Program-made: the position numbers and the translations under genes
Virus record (IMG/VR): IMGVR_UViG_3300029288_000076
Span: 96,001-160,000 of that record
Reading direction: 5' to 3' (one strand)
From: a virus
Lineage: Duplodnaviria > Caudoviricetes
DNA: 64,000 bases
Shown here: piece after piece, positions 61,197-64,000 of the stretch
Position numbering within the stretch: position 1 is the first letter of the stretch
Layout: the number at the start of each line of letters is the position of its first letter
Notes under the pieces: model-generated
Seen by the model: the letters and a program-made list of their open reading frames with translations, nothing else
Database searches by the model: none
What the model was told of the DNA's origin: nothing

Positions 61197-62260
61197 TTTC
61201 TATATTCAAAAATATTATTTAGAATATCATCAACAGCATCTTTTGCAATTCTTTTATTCATACTAATAAATTCTTCAAGCAACTCGCCGTAGATATTTGT
61301 ATCATAAATTTCTCGCATTTTTTTTGCCATCTCGAAACCATCTTGAACAAGCATGTATTTAGGAAAATATTTATCTGCATTAAGAATGTTACTATCACAA
61401 AAACAAAGTATGTTTGCGCTTACGCACTCAAAAGTTCTGATTGTCATTAAGCCAACTACTTCATATATATTCCTTGCTATTTGAAAAGAAAACATAGAGT
61501 CTGATAGCTTTTTAATAACATTTATAGGAGATATTTTACCTTTGAATTGCACATTAGCTTCATTCATAAGATTGTTAGAAAATTCTTTTGTTTCTTCCCT
61601 TAACCAATTACCATAAATCTTCATTGATCTTAGGTCGGCTGGGTACGGATTAGCAAAAGTATAAAGCATTCTTCTTCTTCCATATTCATTACCTACATAC
61701 ACACAATCTTCATACTCAGCTGCTCTTTTCTTCTCAATTAAACTTTTATTTGTAAAAGTAAAATAAGGCCAAAAAATAGAATTTTTAAAAAAAGCATCTT
61801 CACTATGCGGCCTTAATACAATTGCATTTGAAAGCACATTTTTTGGATAGTTTTTTACCCAAAAATCAGTATCAATAATAAATGGAAGCACGCTTTTTTT
61901 ATCAATAAATTTTTTAAGAAGATCAATTAGCACAAAATAATCACTATCAAATTGCTCAGCGTATATCTTTCTATAAAACCCCATAGCAGGCCTAGATTCT
62001 GCAATTAACAAATCATAATTATTAACATTAATATTGCTACATTCAACATATGCTATTTTATTTATTATGTTCGCAAAATTATTATCTATATATTTTTTAG
62101 TTTCTTCATCCGCATTGTCTTCTAAAAGCCTTCCAGTAAAGGTTATATTATTATTTCTTGATAAAAGGTTCTCAAACAATTCTAGTCTAAGAGTTATTGA
62201 ACCATCAACACTAATATTTTTAGCGTCATATCTTCCAACACCATACCACAATATATTCAT
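61181..62260 (-). CDS. GT-B glycosyltransferase, phage DNA beta-glucosyltransferase-like
   Basis: YVGNEYGR, IYGNW, V.FKGKI, T.RTFE motifs; adjacent to the TS homologue. Confidence 0.65.
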   Translation of the reverse strand: MNILWYGVGRYDAKNISVDGSITLRLELFENLLSRNNNITFTGRLLEDNADEETKKYIDNNFANIINKIAYVECSNINVNNYDLLIAESRPAMGFYRKIYAEQFDSDYFVLIDLLKKFIDKKSVLPFIIDTDFWVKNYPKNVLSNAIVLRPHSEDAFFKNSIFWPYFTFTNKSLIEKKRAAEYEDCVYVGNEYGRRRMLYTFANPYPADLRSMKIYGNWLREETKEFSNNLMNEANVQFKGKISPINVIKKLSDSMFSFQIARNIYEVVGLMTIRTFECVSANILCFCDSNILNADKYFPKYMLVQDGFEMAKKMREIYDTNIYGELLEEFISMNKRIAKDAVDDILNNIFEYRKWEML

Positions 62261-62820
62261 TATTTCTCCTCTTCGAGAATAGACATAATGTCTAAATAAA
62301 CAATATCTGCATTTGCGTTCGCGCCATTATATGTTGTGTCATATTTAATAAATTTAAAAGGAGATTCTGACAAAAACTTCTCATATTCAAATATAAAAGC
62401 TTTAATTTTATCAAAACTATAATTGCTATCAATTCCTTTTTTATCACTTTGTATTCTTTGCAAAATAGTTATTGGATTAGCACAAAACAATAAAAAGACA
62501 ACGCTATCTGCGATAAATTTATAATACTGTTCATAAACTTTATTCTTATCTAAATCCAAATTTATTTTTGGATAAACTATATCAGAAAGAAACGACCTGT
62601 CAAAAAATATAGGATTTCCTTTAGACAGTCCATTTATAAACGGAATAAGTTTTAACATTAATAAATTTTCGCCAGTTATTAGTGAAGTAAAATCAGAGTC
62701 AAATTCATTTTTAGAAGGTCTTGTTGGGTGATAATAAAAAGCCTTTGGATACCTTTCCATTACTTTCTTTAAAATAGAAGTCTTGCCTGTCTTATCAAAC
62801 CCTTCAAATATAAAAATCAT
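62260..62820 (-). CDS. dNMP/thymidylate kinase-like protein
   Basis: IFEGFDKTGKTS P-loop; FDRSF.SD.VY. Confidence 0.85.
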   Translation of the reverse strand: MIFIFEGFDKTGKTSILKKVMERYPKAFYYHPTRPSKNEFDSDFTSLITGENLLMLKLIPFINGLSKGNPIFFDRSFLSDIVYPKINLDLDKNKVYEQYYKFIADSVVFLLFCANPITILQRIQSDKKGIDSNYSFDKIKAFIFEYEKFLSESPFKFIKYDTTYNGANANADIVYLDIMSILEEEK

Positions 62821-62823
62821 AAT

Positions 62824-63465
62824 TTATCCGCAAAAATTGTCATATAAAGACTTTATCCTAATCGCCTCATCATAATAATATTCAAATTGTTCTTCTTTAG
62901 TGATTCTCTTATATTTAAAATACGCTGGATGTTTTATCTTGAAAAGGCTAAGATTTTCATGCCCGCTTGCTGCAAGGAAATTTTTTACTTTATCTCCTAT
63001 AGCAATAAAGACCTTACCATTAGTATTATTAAAATTTAAATAATCAAGTTGATCTCTTGTCCAATATTCAAAACAATTATTGAACGCTTCATCGGTATAA
63101 TTATTTTTTTCAAAAGGACATTTTGCAACATTAATGAAATTCCAATTATTATCTTTACCATAAAATATATTAGAAAAAATATTTGTAACCATTCCTATTT
63201 CTGTTGATAAAATCACTTTTTCATAAGAAGAAACCATTGCATCAAAATCATTATTTAAAAAAGCCTCTATCATTTCTTTATCATATTGAGACGTTTTCGT
63301 ATTTTTATTTAGGTTCGATTTCCAATCCCCAGGATTGATACCTATAAATGTTATAAAATTTTTATCTCTTATTATGCCATATTGCGGCGGCATAATCCAC
63401 CCATTTATTTGCGAGCACTTACTACAAGATAAAAATTTTTGCTTGTCTATATTACTCAGAATCAT
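62824..63465 (-). CDS. uracil-DNA glycosylase superfamily protein (family 4/5-like; start revised to MILSN)
   Basis: CSKC, GINPG, NVAKCP...C, AIG, IKHPAY. Confidence 0.75.
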   Translation of the reverse strand: MILSNIDKQKFLSCSKCSQINGWIMPPQYGIIRDKNFITFIGINPGDWKSNLNKNTKTSQYDKEMIEAFLNNDFDAMVSSYEKVILSTEIGMVTNIFSNIFYGKDNNWNFINVAKCPFEKNNYTDEAFNNCFEYWTRDQLDYLNFNNTNGKVFIAIGDKVKNFLAASGHENLSLFKIKHPAYFKYKRITKEEQFEYYYDEAIRIKSLYDNFCG

Positions 63466-63916
63466 TATTTCTAATTCTCTTTTTATACTTACTATTTTTT
63501 CTTTTCTTATTATGAAAAGCAACATGCTCACTTTGAGTCATTATTTGCAAATTTGATAAATCATTATTAAATCCATCACCATTTACATGGTGGATAATAT
63601 ACCCTTCTTGAATTAATCCATAAGCTTCTTCACATACAAAACGATGCATTTGTTGCCTTTTCCCATTACCTATACCTATTAAAAAATGAGAACCGCTTTT
63701 TGATATACCGTTATTCCAGTTTGGATTCTTATTGCCAGTTAATGCATCACCTATTTGTTTTTTAGATTTTTCTGAATGATTTTTTCCATTAAAACCAAAA
63801 TTTGGATTATTAATATTATGCCATTTATTAATACATGCTCTGCTACAAAATATTCTTTTTCCAGCATTTTCTTTAACTATGATTTCTTTATTACATTGCT
63901 TACAATATATTATCAT
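63452..63916 (-). CDS. HNH homing endonuclease with NUMOD3
   Basis: GKNHSEKSKKQI, NPNW, HRFV...IHHVNGD..NN..SNL. Confidence 0.88.
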   Translation of the reverse strand: MIIYCKQCNKEIIVKENAGKRIFCSRACINKWHNINNPNFGFNGKNHSEKSKKQIGDALTGNKNPNWNNGISKSGSHFLIGIGNGKRQQMHRFVCEEAYGLIQEGYIIHHVNGDGFNNDLSNLQIMTQSEHVAFHNKKRKNSKYKKRIRNNDSE

Positions 63917-64000
63917 TTAAATCCTTGTCTATTCTCACTTTCCAGTCTATCCCTAACAACGCTTGATTTTAATGAAAATTCTTTCCAAAATTCTTCTTCA

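Noticed and set aside
1929-63556. Plus-strand ORFs in the track (e.g. 11383..11841, 31938..32303, 55822..56229, 58263..58616)
   Set aside because: Antisense shadows of well-supported minus-strand genes with no recognisable motifs.
1-64000. Stop-codon recoding as the cause of the many short ORFs
   Set aside because: Conserved enzymes are uninterrupted in the standard code, and TAA, TAG and TGA all end genes with tight coupling to the next start.

Overview
A 64-kb AT-rich fragment of a large lytic dsDNA bacteriophage genome. Essentially every credible gene is on the minus strand, densely packed with 1-4 bp start/stop overlaps, in the standard code. No tRNA, rRNA, CRISPR array or clear virion structural gene was seen. 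In transcription order (right to left) it contains: (i) a base-modification and nucleotide module (HNH, UDG-like, dNMP kinase, beta-glucosyltransferase-like GT, thymidylate-synthase homologue with the dCMP-type Asp, dCMP deaminase); (ii) a T4-like recombination module (UvsY-like, SSB, RecA/UvsX, UvsW-like helicase, 5'-3' exonuclease, later Mre11/Rad50); (iii) a stand-alone TnpB; (iv) an O-antigen-like glycan cluster (amidotransferase, WbmG/H-like SDR, two methyltransferases, SGNH, GNAT, six paralogous Cys-tailed GT2s, WecB, WecC) interleaved with an RNA ligase and Mre11/Rad50; (v) about 30 kb of small accessory ORFs including ThyX, MazG, TSCPD, an M15 peptidase, a DUF2828 Ro60-like vWA protein, RtcB and a Holliday junction resolvase. 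The most striking unexplained structure is a promoter-driven set of four covarying RNA hairpins sharing TT(A/T)CAGCAA, one carrying a perfect tRNA-Asn anticodon stem-loop, upstream of the Ro60-like gene. Other signals are a repeated 21-bp promoter, 34-38 bp duplications of gene 3' ends around small ORFs, and two further candidate ncRNAs. Family assignments come from motif recognition only; no database search was run.
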